A stretch of DNA of 64,000 bases, taken from positions 21,142,001-21,206,000 of the forward strand of contig CM119383.1 in the NCBI GenBank assembly GCA_051294905.1, read 5' to 3'. The DNA is from Botryllus schlosseri (Eukaryota). The translations under genes and the position numbers were made by a program. The notes under the pieces are model-generated. The model saw nothing but the letters and a program-made list of their open reading frames with translations, searched no databases and was not told the origin of the DNA. Shown here one piece after another: positions 37,610 through 49,902 of this stretch. The first letter of the stretch is position 1. Every line of letters begins with the position of its first letter.

Positions 37610-38036
37610 TTGCTACCTACAGAGCTTGCAAATCTCTTTTGTCGGAATGAACTCAAACGTTACTTGTGCTTTCTTTTGCCTCGAATTCGTGTCGATCGAT
37701 ACGCATTTGTTTTAGGTATCGCATCATTTCTGAATACGTTATTGCTGTACTGTGGTTCGTGACATGGGTTTCGTTGGCGAGGGACTAGCTGGTATGTGTC
37801 ACTATGTAATCTTCAAACTGGATGACCTTGTTACCCAAGTTCATGTTACTTGAAGCGAACATAGTGTTGCAGAACATCGTAATAATCGTCGGTCGCATTC
37901 CAATTAAAGATGCGCATCATGCGATCATCTACGTTATATTTGTACCTTTAAGCTTTTATCGTGTATTTATAAATTGCAATGTTTCATTTTAGATCGTAAT
38001 ACTTGTATTTGTCTACACTACTGCTATATCATTATA

Positions 38037-38477
38037 ATGACTATGTCGAAGCCAAAGGCCGGCGATGGCTATTTCGAACAGACTGTATATCAATTTGACG
38101 CGTCGCAACATCCTGACCTTGTTAAGTTGGAGACGAAGACTTTACCGATTTCTGCCGATTCTGATCCTGGACCTGATCCGGTTCCTGACCCAGACGATCC
38201 AAATGCTTATCTACTGATACCAGCCGACCTGAACCGCGAAGGTCGTAAAACGCTGATAAGTCCTGAGCAGTATATGGCTTGGTATGAAGAAAGGTTTCCT
38301 GGTCAACAGGAGAAGGTCCAGAATGAAGGTGATCTTTTCGAAGGGTCACCGGTACAAGTCTGTCCGGAATTTCTGAAGGATGGCAATGGAGGAAACCTCT
38401 CCGAGGAGGTCAAAGAGACGACGCAGAAAAAACAAGAGGGCGAATCCGCGAAGTTAACGGAGTCTGCTGAACAATGA
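38037..38477 (+). CDS. Orphan family C protein (acidic, Pro-rich, ~146 aa)
   Basis: Open ORF; near-identical core to 63664 (DPNAYLLIPADLNREGRKTLISPEQYMAWYEERFPGQQEK). Confidence 0.7.
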   Translation: MTMSKPKAGDGYFEQTVYQFDASQHPDLVKLETKTLPISADSDPGPDPVPDPDDPNAYLLIPADLNREGRKTLISPEQYMAWYEERFPGQQEKVQNEGDLFEGSPVQVCPEFLKDGNGGNLSEEVKETTQKKQEGESAKLTESAEQ

Positions 38478-38722
38478 TTGCTACCTACAGAACTTACAAA
38501 TCTCTTTAGTCGGAATGACCTCAAACGTTACTTGTGCTTTCTTTTGCCTCCAATTCGTGTCGATCGATACGCATTTGTTTTAGGTATCGGAGTATTTCTG
38601 AATACGTTATTGCTCTACTGTGGTTCGTGAGCGAACTATTTGGGACAATATCTTATTCGTGTTACTATCGTGTCTTATTGTATTTGTTTTCCAGATAATA
38701 CAATACGAGTCTAATAGCTAAA

Positions 38723-40059
38723 ATGTCGTATAGAACTCCAACGAAGAGTCCGTTCGGAAAGGAGAGGAGAAAGAATCCAGATAATGCGGTCGATTGGTAT
38801 CAACATTTCCCTAAAGATTACCTCAGGCCTTACGGCCGCTCAGTCATTCCGGAGGACATATCGGACGAAGCTATCAACAGTAAGTTGCAAACGTTCAGCG
38901 CCGAATGGCTGACCAGGCCGGTGGTAGCGGTGTCAGAGTTTGGCGAAACGCTACTTCGCAATCGCAACACCACGCCCGCTCTCGAGGATATCATGGAGCC
39001 GAGAGCTTTCCAACAGTTTCATGCGCATCTTACTTCCGTGATCAACGAGGTCAGTCCGCTGTGGATAAGCCCGGCGAATCCGGCTAGCGAGGCGACTCTC
39101 ACGAAAAATGACGTTGTGGCGAGATTTGAACGTCTTGAAAGTCTGATGATTCAGCAAAAGTCGTCGTTCCTCAATCGATATATCGATGTGATGGCCGATT
39201 GCGGACACGCCATGTATGTGACTGCGTTACATCTGAAAATGATGTCTTTCCTAATGCGCAACAAAGACGTCTGGGCTCTGAAGTGTCGATCCCACCCCGA
39301 TCACGAGGACTTTAAAAAGAACCCGACCCCTCGCACTTACGCTGAGATCGTCTTTACCGAATACATGATCAAAAAAGAATTCAATGCCGCGCCCATCGAG
39401 ACACCGGCGAGAAGACGCATTTCTGATTTCATGCTCGACGAACCGGCACCTTCCTCTGTGCCCGTGGGTGTTTCGCAATCTCTTCCTACCCAAGCTCCTG
39501 CTCCTGCTCCTGCCCTTGCTTCTGCTTCGGTTCCGTTTCACGGAGGGAGCATCGCCACCCTCCTTTCCAATTCCAGTTTCTGTTCAACATCCGTCACCTT
39601 TCTATCCACCTCCACCTTCCGTACCCGTGCGCATTCGAGTTCCAAACGCTCCCGGAATACTTAGGGCCCCATCCCCAGTTTCTATGCAAGTCCTGAGTGC
39701 TTCTCGAATGTCTTCAAGTGCGGCACCGGTTTCTGGCCAAGTTATTATTGCTGCTCAAGTACATCGAAATCCGGCAGTGGTTTCAGAGGATCCTGTTCGA
39801 TTAGCGCAAGCTCGTCCGATGATTCAAGTTCCGGTGCCGTTTCAACCGGATACCGTACCAGTTGTAAATGTTGCTGGAGCGGCGCTGGAGGACGAAAACG
39901 TTCCATGCTCCAGTGGCAGCGTTCAAAGTCAGCTTGCGTCTGTCCGTGTTAACAAGGAGAAGCGGAGCAATCTTGAGTGTTCCTGACATGGCGGGTAAAC
40001 CAAAGAAGAAGAAAAAGAAACGTAAGAAGAAGAAAAAGAAACGTAAAACTCAAGAATGA
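38723..40059 (+). CDS. Family A protein (copy A4); intact core, frameshifts in Pro/Val-rich tail, Lys-rich end
   Basis: WYQHFPKDYLRPYG...EWLTRPVVAVSEFGETL. The tail continues in shifted frames to AGKPKKKKKK. Confidence 0.7.
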
Positions 40060-40209
40060 ACTGACGTGTTCGATATTTCGTTGCGTTTTTCTGATTTGTC
40101 AAACCTTAACTTTCATTTTCTTTTTCGTTTGTGATGCCTTCGTAACTTTCTCGTTTCTTTTTACAGATTAATAATTGTATAACTAGCTGTTACTCCACTG
40201 AAATACGAT

Positions 40210-40902
40210 ATGAGCAAGCAATCGAAGACATCGTCAAGCCGTCTGCTGTTGTCTGCAGATGACGTTTCACAAGCGAATAGGATCGTTGCCGACCTGCGCA
40301 ATGTATTTCCTGACCATTACTTATTGCGATTCAATTGTCGTCCCACCAATGTTCACCATCAATTGCTCATGTTGGCTCTATACCGAGAGATGACCCGCCA
40401 TCAAGTATTCGTTACCATGATTACTGAATCGTTACGACCTGCGGTAATATTGCCGCAGGATGCGTTGAGTGCCAGCCGTAGTTCTCAAACGTTAACAGCG
40501 TCACTACCGACTGATCTGAATGCTTTTCTACATCGATCCGCTTCTCCGGAGCTTCCAGTATCTTCGGACCTTTCTGTACAAGTGCAGACATCTCCTAAAG
40601 CGGAACGACATTCGTCACCTAATGACCTGCTCAAGGCTCAAGAGCACGATGATGTAGCAACGGTTTCAGTTATGCCACGGAAACGTGTTAAAGTCGAGAG
40701 AAGTTGTCAAACGGAAACTGATATCAGTGGGATGTCCCCGTGTGCATCGAGCGAATCGAGTGAGTCGGATGCATCGGACGAACCGTCTCTGCCGTGTGCA
40801 ATTGACGATTCCACCAGTCAGTCAGCGGCTGTATGCGAACAGCAGAAGCGGACCGCCACTAATGAAGCAGGAAATCAAAAGAAAAAAAGAAAAAATCTGT
40901 GA
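40210..40902 (+). CDS. Hypothetical protein: helical N-terminus, Ser/acidic middle, basic C-terminus
   Basis: 230-aa ORF preceded by a tttttacag acceptor, same architecture as neighbouring cargo genes. No homology recognised. Confidence 0.5.
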   Translation: MSKQSKTSSSRLLLSADDVSQANRIVADLRNVFPDHYLLRFNCRPTNVHHQLLMLALYREMTRHQVFVTMITESLRPAVILPQDALSASRSSQTLTASLPTDLNAFLHRSASPELPVSSDLSVQVQTSPKAERHSSPNDLLKAQEHDDVATVSVMPRKRVKVERSCQTETDISGMSPCASSESSESDASDEPSLPCAIDDSTSQSAAVCEQQKRTATNEAGNQKKKRKNL

Positions 40903-41240
40903 CCTGTGACATGTAACATTTTAAAGTTGCGATGCATTGCTCGTCGATATTGTCATCTCTAACTTTCGTTTTATGTTCATTATCGTGTGTTACGTTCGTT
41001 ATTTCGTTCGGCTGGCTTGCCGCTTTTTGCTTTTTAATGTACCTTCGCTATGCTTTAGCTGATTTCATTTCTTTATTGTCGCACCGATTTATGTGTGTTA
41101 TATCACCTGCAACGTTCGTTACTTGATGTCTTCGTTCAGTACAGATTGATAACTGTAAATACTCGTGTCTTTTGCGAGTACTAACAGTTTCACGCTATTC
41201 TTTATTTTCCAGATAATACAATAACAGTCTGATAGCTAAA

Positions 41241-42467
41241 ATGTCGTATAGAACTCCGACGAAGAGCCCTTTCGGATAGGAAAGGAGGAAGAATCCTGAT
41301 TTCTCTGTCGATTGGTAATCAGCATTTCCCGAAAGATTACCTGAGGTCTTACGGTCGGTCTGTGATTCCGGAAGACGTATCCGACGAGTCTATCAACAGT
41401 AAATTGCAGACCTTTAGCTGCGAATGGTTAATAAGGCCGGCAGTTGCAGTGTCCGAGTTTGCCGAAACGCTACTTCGAAATCGTAACACCACGCCTGCCT
41501 TCGAGGATATCATGGATCCGAGAGCTTACCAACAGTTCCACGCGCATCTCAATTCCGTCGTCAACGAGGTCGGTCCTCTGTGGATAAGCCCAGCGAACCC
41601 GGCTAGCGAGGCGACTCTTACTAAAGAAGACGTGTCGGCGAGGTTCGAACGCCTTGAAAGTCTGATGATTCAGCAAAAGTCGTCGTTCCTGGATCGATAT
41701 ATCGATGTCATGATCGATTGCGGACACGCCATGTGTGTGAGTGCGCTCCATCTCAAAATGATGTCGTTTTTGATGCGCAACAAAGACGCATGGGCCCTCA
41801 AATTTAGATCCCATCCCGACCACGAGGACTTTAAAAAGAACCCGACCCCTCGCACTTACGCTGAAATTGTCTTTACTGGCTACATCATCAAGAAAGGCTT
41901 CAATGCAGCGCCGATCGAGACCCGGCTAGAAGACGCATTTCCGATTTCATGCTCGACGGTCCATCATCCCCGTCTGTGTCGGTGCGAGTCGTTCCAGATG
42001 TTCGATCTCCTGTTTCGGCTCAAGTTCCGCCAGCTCCCGTTCTGTCTCAAACACAGGCACCAGTTCGTGTACAAGAGCATGGTGTCGCCTATCCTGTCGT
42101 GCAGATACCTGTTCCTGTTCAGGTCACGCATCATTCACAATCCCCTCTTTCTTCCGTACAGTTGGCATCGGTTCCGGTTACTCGTCCTGTACAGAATGCT
42201 GCTCGAATGGTTCCGACACTGGATCGATCGGATACCGAGCTGTATGTACCTGCTAGTCAAACCGTCAGGGAAGCTGCTCCTTTGTCGACTAATCAATCGG
42301 TCTCGTCAACATCTGTTCCAAGTGCTGCATCTGATGAGGAGAACGTAGCATGTTCCAGTGGTAAAGTGCAAAGTAAGTCCGCATGTGTCGGCGAATCGAA
42401 GAAGCGAAGCAAAGTTGACAAGGCGGGAAAGCAAAAGAAGAAGAAGAAACATATAATTCTGGAGTGA
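41241..42467 (+). pseudogene. Family A pseudogene (copy A5), recent paralog of A4
   Basis: Very similar DNA to 38690-39430; TAG at codon 13, small indels. Confidence 0.85.
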
Positions 42468-42852
42468 TGTCGTACGCATATCGTATTGTTGCATTTGTGG
42501 ACTCAGTTTCGAGCCGTAAATTTCCCTACCTTCCATACTCATGTCGTGTGTTACGTTTAGTAATTCTTTTAGGTTTATTACTGAAATGCTTCGCTGAACG
42601 CCCGTTACTTTTTCGTTGTAGTAGGCTACTCGATTTAAACAGCTTTTCCTTCATAACGTATTTTGTCATAATGTAAATATTGCTTCAATTTGTTTCGTTC
42701 TTTTTCCAGTTGCTAGTAACAGTTGCTGTGGCATGATACAAGTCGGACTCGAATGACGTGGTTTTGACTCGAAAACGCAAGTTAAGTGGCCCTGGAAAGG
42801 GCCGATGGTTTTATCAAGAAGGAAACGCTGCACAATATTGCAGATTCCATGT

Positions 42853-45800
42853 TTAAGTTCCCTCTGCTGGCTTGAAATGGCTGTTTCTCGGTGGAATGAG
42901 AAAACGAAGGTTGTCGCGTCGACGAACGCGGGAAATTGCAACGTACGCACATCCAGCACTCAATCTTGGACGATCGAACCATACGATTACCTTATTGAGT
43001 GTTTGGCCTTGGACCTTGTGAATGGTTGTGGCGTAGGCCAAGTCAATTGGGTAGTAAGTCCCTTCTGGCGACGTAATTGGATACACGCGGATCAAGTGAC
43101 CGCTGGAGATCTTCAGAAGTATCGTGTGCCCGACGACGGCATGAATCAAACCGCACTGGCCGTTGACATACCCCCTGCGTTTTTGCCGATTTTCAGTAAT
43201 CACAACACGCATTCCGAAATAGACAGGTTGCAAGTTCGATTCAGCTGTCGGATACCTAACTTGAAGAAGCGGTAACGAGCGCGCGAAGATCTTATTTCGT
43301 ACAGCCAAGTTGTATTGCCGCGATGTTTGACGGGTAAAGGTCAAAACCTTGAAGTCAGCGTGTTTGTCATAGCGTGTTTGTCATATATTGCTACAAGAGC
43401 CTCGTCCGAAAAATCGGGCGTGTCTTGCAACACCAATCCCTCAGCGAATCGCGATTACGATTCTGCCGACGGTCGCTGAAGCCGACATTCATTCAAAAAG
43501 GTAGAGAGGACCACATCCGTTGTACGAAACTGTTGCAATAGGGTGGTCTTGTCGCATTTGCTCAATATACCGCGATGAGAAAAAAGACTACCGATTACGC
43601 CGTCAACGGGAACTGGCTGTAATTGCCATTTGTCCCCGCATAGAACGACGACCGATCGATCAGATATGAATGAGAGGGTCGTCGATATATGATCGCCGTG
43701 GGTGAGCGATATCAACGATATCTCGTCGATCAGGATCAAGTCATACTGTCGCAGCTGCCAGTTCATTCGGGATTCCGAGCCCTCGCCTACACGCAATCCG
43801 AAAGCCGCGTGAACCGTATCTGTACTTAGTTGGTTTCCGAATGCAGTCTTGTACGTTGTAGCCAAAAGACCGGTCGGTGCCAACAACAAGACTCTGCATG
43901 CCATAGCCAAACCCGGACGGATGATTTCTTTGATACAAATAGATTTTCCGGTGCCTGGAGATCCAACGAGTAGATGGTACCGATCATGACCATCGTCATT
44001 TTCGTCCAGTATTGCGGGATCCATTCGTCTGTGCAGTCGATGGACGACGCAGTTGACGAAAGCGGCTTGCATGGGTGATAAAGTCGTTGCCGGAGCAACA
44101 ACGAGATCCGTTACATTCAATTCATCGAAGGTGAATGTTCCTTCGTAATGCTCATTCCAGACCTGGAATAAGCTCACCACATAAGACCACAACGTAAATA
44201 TATAGTTACTCCGACATGCTTTCTGTTGGCAGACTAATGTAATGGAATTCCTGTCCTGCCAAAAGCTTGCCCTGTTATGGACAGCAAAAGAAAACATCTT
44301 GATGTCTGCAGGTAACGTGTCAAAAAGAGGATGAACTAATTCCGAAAGCTTGCGGAAGGCCACATTCATTAGCGCGTCTTGGAAAAAATAAGTGTTGTTG
44401 AATAGGTCAACAAACTTGACTCCAAGCAGTAGCGGTTTAGTAGCGCGTCGGGGATGAGATTGACAGCGAGCCACCGTGAAATTTCGGAGGAATTCGAACA
44501 GCGTCATACGCTCGGCACTAGGCATCCTGTTGCAATAGGCTTTGACGATGTCATTTGTCTGCGCGCGCTCAAAAGTGGGAACTAAGAATCTTTTCGTGTC
44601 AGAGCATGTGTACGCCATCTTTACATCGCTCAAAAGCGCTATCATTTCCGGCTCTGCGGGAGCCAAATTGCGTAGATATCGGTAGGCAACGCTTTGTGCC
44701 GACAGGTCGGAAAACAGCACCTCACGCGGAACGTTATGTTCCCGAAATTTAGATACGTATGATGCAACATACTTCAACAACATGGTCTGGCCGTCCGTCA
44801 TCTGAACATCCATTGAACACCTCAAGGCCTGTGTTAGTGAAGGGATGTAAACCCGCAAATTAACAGAATGGGCGCGTTCCGAACGTTTCAGCAACAACAC
44901 TTGCGATCCAGAAATAAAGTCGATGACGCTCGGTTGTTCGCGCACCTCTAAACCTCTTACGGGCTGTCTGCTTTTCTGCGTATTGTATACTATATCGCAA
45001 AACTCCGCGTCGCGTTCTGGAAAATCTGCGCAAAATTGTCCTATATCTACTTTTGCGGGATCCCACAACCAGGCTAGATAATGCACGTGCAAGGTGCCGC
45101 GTTGCTGAAATTCATACCTATAAAAGTATGTTTTTACGTTGCACCCCGGCGAGTTGGCATCACGCAATACGTTTTGGCGCCAGTCTCTCTTGCCCCGGCC
45201 TGACACGAAATGCCGCATGACTTCTGTCAGTACATGTGCGATATGTAATGTCTCCAGAGCTGCTAAATCCGTGGGTCCTTTAGCAAGAGCGTCCATTCTA
45301 TTGGCGATCACGTCGGAAGAAGGAAAAGTCCACTCGTAAGGGCTTACTGTAATAAATACGTCTGGAAATCCGTACTGACGCACGGCATCCACGATAAAAC
45401 TTAACTGCCACTCCCAGTATGTTGGGGAGAACGTTTTGGAATCTAAAGCTCTCGCCGGAGAGCAGTCAAGTGCCCGAGCGGTAGATATCGCACCCGATAT
45501 GGTTTTATAGAGCCAGCGATCGAATTGAAAACGAAGCAGCGGGAAGCATGCCGAGAAATCTAAAACTCCCGACAAAATTTTCAAGAGGTGCGACTTCTTT
45601 GCGCTTTTCCGGTCCCCGGAATCGGTTATGGAAGTCTCGCACATCAACAAATGGATAAAGAATAGGCCAAATGGCGGTTTCAACAAATTTGAAACTGAAC
45701 AGCTGGTCGCAGTTCAGCGTTCTAGGCAGCTCGCTGTTATCGTGCTGTCTAATAAGCTGGCCATACGCACTCTCTGGAGAGGCACACAAAAATTCATGAG

Positions 45801-46250
45801 CTCTTTCTAGACGTTGCCGACGTACGTCGCACGACACAGCAGCAATGCTAGATTCCACGGAATGACTACGAATGGTTGCGTAAACCGCACCGTCCTTTGA
45901 TCTATAACCGTGTTGCCTTATGGCGTTCGATCCGTAATGCAGTTTGTAAATCGAAAGGACTGTCATGTCGTTAAAAGTCAAGCCGCGTATTGATTCGGGC
46001 CAACTTTCAAGCACAGGCACCGAGTAATTCGCATTACTGCAAGCGCACTTACCGGCCGGCAAAAACCTTCCTCGTAAGGCAGCTTCGGACAGCCCCCTGG
46101 TATATGCTGATCCACAACGTTGGCATTCGATCCACGCGCCAGTCGAAATCCAGGCAGCCAGCTTTACTCCTGCTTCAATATTAACGTCGGCTTCCTGCCG
46201 AGGCGGTATTACGATGTCTCCAAAATCGTTCCAATGCCGCTCATTCTGGC
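42853..46250 (-). pseudogene. Second Helitron-type Rep-helicase, decayed
   Basis: EFQQRGTLHVHY, YVASYVSK, GSPGTGKS, ILIDEISL and TIHKVQGQTL. Frameshift at ~45642, in-frame TAA at 43455 and a 14-nt duplication at ~43357-43384. Confidence 0.9.
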
Positions 46251-46592
46251 AGTGGATAGAGATACAGTAGGATAGTAACTTGTAGGTAACCAACTCAGCT
46301 GCTCACTCAACGCACCAACAAATCCAACTGATCGAAATTCAGTAATTCTGGGTACTCATGATCTAACGCGGCAAAACGGAAACGAGAGATCCCAGTTAGT
46401 CATAAGCTTACGCGCCACAACAGAAACGAGAGATGCTTGGTATGAATTACGCGGCAACCATATCGCGTGAACAAAACTTGATTTCATGTCACACCGACTC
46501 GCCTCATTTGCATAACGCGAGAACAAAACAAACTTGATTTCATGTCACAACGACTCGCCTCATCTGCATATCGCGTGAACGAAACTTGCCGT

Positions 46593-46618
46593 ACCTTATT
46601 ACAACCAAATACTCCAAT
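46593..46618 (-). other. Full-length SL-like exon with GT donor upstream of Rep-helicase 2
   Basis: Minus strand reads ccATTGGAGTATTTGGTTGTAATAAG|GTAC. GC-box (ggggcggggg) and cacgtca lie upstream on the same strand. Confidence 0.75.
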
Positions 46619-47519
46619 GGCTATCGCCGCAGAAAGAGGCAATATTTTCATTTGTGGTGCAAACGCTGCCCATCCGTCGCGAGCGGTTGATCCGTTTTTG
46701 TTGGGCCTCCCCCGCCCCTCCTACCCTGACGTGATTTTTCTCACTTTTTGCTTATAGGTTTTTGTTGGGTTGGCCAAACTTTCGTTTGGAACCCAACTTT
46801 ACGAGTTCTTGTGAATTATTCTTCTTTTTTTGTTCTTGTGAATTATTCTTCTTTTTTTTAAAGAACCTTTGATATGAATATTACGGTAGAGTCGACCAGA
46901 TCGTTACTTGGCGTCAAATACAACAGATCAGATCGCGATCATGTCGGATATGGAACAATATTTTCCTTCGCCTAAGTTCGCGACTTACGTCAAACCTTAT
47001 TCTTCAACCCTAAAACTTGTTGCCTTGCCAAGTCACTCTATTGTTTACTGCACATGACACATTCCCTCACTAAATGCGACCAATTAGGACGAACCAAAAT
47101 GGTCTGGACTCGACTGCGAATCGCAGGAGTCGAATACCTATCAGACGCTGTTTCTGCTGAATATCATCTGTCGACTTGTATCTATTGAGCAAAGAGCCGT
47201 GAATCGGTGCGGTGCATTTTTATTAAAAGCCAAATAAACCCAAACAATAATGACAAACAACAACGTTTCGAACACATCAATTTGTATGCACATTTCACAC
47301 AGACGAGCTTCGTCTAATCGCCAGCGTCTTTTCTCGCCTGATTTCGATACGAACAACTTGCAGGTCATATAGCTTCGTGCAAAAGCGATATGGTCTACGA
47401 AGTCATACTTATTGATTCACTTGTGCGTTGACAGAAGGCAAAATACTTCGACGGAGGAGCGGATAACGTCTGAAGTGTGCAAATCAGGTGTGACGTGCTG
47501 ACGTAGATAGTATCGACAA

Positions 47520-49790
47520 TAGGGCAAAATTCAGCGCAGCATAGTTCAAAGTACACCCATACGACGCCGAATTTTTCCATATTGAATCACGTATTTGTCA
47601 TTGTATGATCGTCGAGTTCAGCGCGATGAATAGCGATAGACCAGGACTCTAGGAGAAGCGTATCGTGTCTTATGCGTATACTGAACGATGCGATCGACCG
47701 GAATGTCTGCCATGGGATGTAGTTCGACGATTGGGTGCCACAAACAGACATCCCATGCACCTCGGGCGGGCTGGGAGCGGTTGTGACGTCATAATGAGTA
47801 AAATCCGTTATTACATGTCACTATTATGGTAACTCCAGTGTTAGATCTACTTATACGAGTTTCATAGACGTGTCTCTTTCTTGTGGACACAAATATTATA
47901 TAACTTTTCTGACACCCTATAGTTCCAGACATGGTAGACATTTCATTTTGGTGTCATTGGAAAGGTGACAAAAAAGTCTCCAAACGTATTTTTTTTTGAG
48001 TCGCTACTTCAAGTACTTTTCGAGTAGTGGCTTTGTAAAGTAGTTTCAATGTAGTTTCAACGTTTTTAGTGCTATCGACTTCATTTTTGTATCGTTGAAT
48101 ACTCGTCGCAAGACCAGTCTTCAGTCAAAGTATCAAGTAGATTCGTCAAGTAGTTTTGGAGTAGTGGCCGTGTAAAGTCGTAGTTTCAATGTATTTTCAA
48201 CTTCGTGAGTGCTGTCGACTTCATTTTTGTATCGTACATTACTTGTTGCAAGACCAATCTCCAGTCCAAGTATCAAGTAGATTCGTCAAGTACTTTTCGA
48301 GTAGTGGCCGTGTAAATTAGTAGTTTCAATGTACTTTCAACGTCGTGAGTGCTATCCACTTCATTTTTGCATCGTTTAAAACTTGTCGCAAGCCGAATGT
48401 TCAGTCCAAGTATCAAGTAATTTTGTCAAGTAACAAACATCTTATAGTCTTTTTAATGTTTCAGCAATGTTTTTGGCCATGTTTTGGTGGCTGTAGAGAG
48501 TTGATTTTCTCAATTCTGAATGCTCTCGTCAAGACCTATCTTCAGTACAAATTTCAAGTGGATTGGACCACGTGGAAAGAAGTTATGAATTTCGCGTTTT
48601 TGACCATGTTTCTGTGGTGCTCGAGAGTTGATTTTCTCAATTCTGAATGCTCTCGTCAAGACCTATCTTCAGTACAAATTTCAAGTGGATTGGACCACGT
48701 GGAAAAAAGTTACGAATTTCGCGTTTTTGACCATGTTCCCGTGGTGCTAGAGAGTTGATTTTCTCAATTCTGAATGCTCTCGTCAAGAGCTATCTTCAGT
48801 AAAAATTTCAAGTGGATCGGACCACATGGAGAAAAGTTATACCAAAATATCGTTTTTACCATGTTTTGGTGGTCCTACAGACTTGATATTTTCACTTCTG
48901 CAAGCTCTCGTCAAGAGCTATCTTCAGTAAAGATTTCAAGTGGATCGGACCACGTCGAGAAAAGTTATACGAAAATATCGCTTTAGACCATGTTCTGGTG
49001 ATCCTAGAGACTTGATTTTTTCAATTATAAATGCTCTTGTCAAAACCTATCTTCAGTAAAAATTTCAAGTGGATTGGACAAGTAATAAAAAAGTTATAGT
49101 ATTTCTAATGTTTTTCGAAGCTATTTAACCATGTTCTGTGGGTCCTAGCGACTTGATTTTTTTTCTGGAAAGGGCGGGAAAAGGCGATTAATCAATGTGA
49201 ATTTCAAGTCAATCCGAGCACGAAATCTAATTATTTTCAGGAGCCCTCATTTTCGAAAAACCATGTTCTGGTGGCATTAGAGAGTTAATTTTTATTTTTC
49301 TGGAAAGAGCTCCGAAAGGCGATTAATCTATGTAAATTTCAAATAAATCGGCCAACGTTTACTATTTTTCCAAGTACGAAATGTGTTCGAAAAAAAAACT
49401 TGAATGTTTTCTGTGATCTCCTTTACTTTTTACAGTATCGCCTCGGGAAAGGTGGCGTTCGAAAGATGTGTGTAAGAAGAATCCAGACGTTTTGGAATTA
49501 TCACGATAGCTATCACGGCCTCCAAATGACAGCCATTTCAAAATGACTGTTTTTCCGGACGAAAAAGTCGAGTTTTTTTTTCCCAAAAAATCTGAAATTT
49601 TCGCCCCCCCCCCCCAGCCGAAGTTTGGAGTGTCTAGGACCAACTCCAGCCATTCTAGCCATTCTACCATGCTACAGCATAGGCCCTGGACCTATGTGTA
49701 CCCCGGTCGTTTTCGAGTTACAGTAGGTCAGTGACCCACCGAAAGTAACCGCGAGTGAACCGTTCCAGAACTTTCTCGGAATTTCGCGCA
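47520..49790. repeat. Module non-coding block, copy 2 (about 5 units of the 127-bp satellite)
   Basis: Colinear with 25720-28085 and 58040-61180. Confidence 0.85.
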
Positions 49791-49852
49791 CTTTCGAAAT
49801 CCGCGGGAATGTGAGTATATAAGGCGGCGCTCCGGCCGGTTCGATTTCATTC
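49762..49852 (+). promoter_or_regulatory. Heat-shock-element array + TATA box + initiator
   Basis: gTTCc aGAAc tTTCt cGGAa tTTCg cGCAc tTTCg (49762-49796), TATATAAG at 49816, TCATTC at 49847 with canonical spacing. Confidence 0.65.
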
Positions 49853-49875
49853 TGATTTGACTGTTGAAGTGGAAG

Positions 49876-49902
49876 GATTGGAGTATTTGGTTGTTATAAG
49901 GT
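49876..49902 (+). other. Full-length SL-like exon with GT donor
   Basis: GATTGGAGTATTTGGTTGTTATAAG|GTTCGC; second partial copy GAGTGTTTGGTTGTTATAAG|GC at 50180-50201. Confidence 0.75.

Noticed and set aside
39530-39576. Intron explaining the frameshift in family A copy A4
   Set aside because: Donor and acceptor phases are incompatible with the downstream tail frame.
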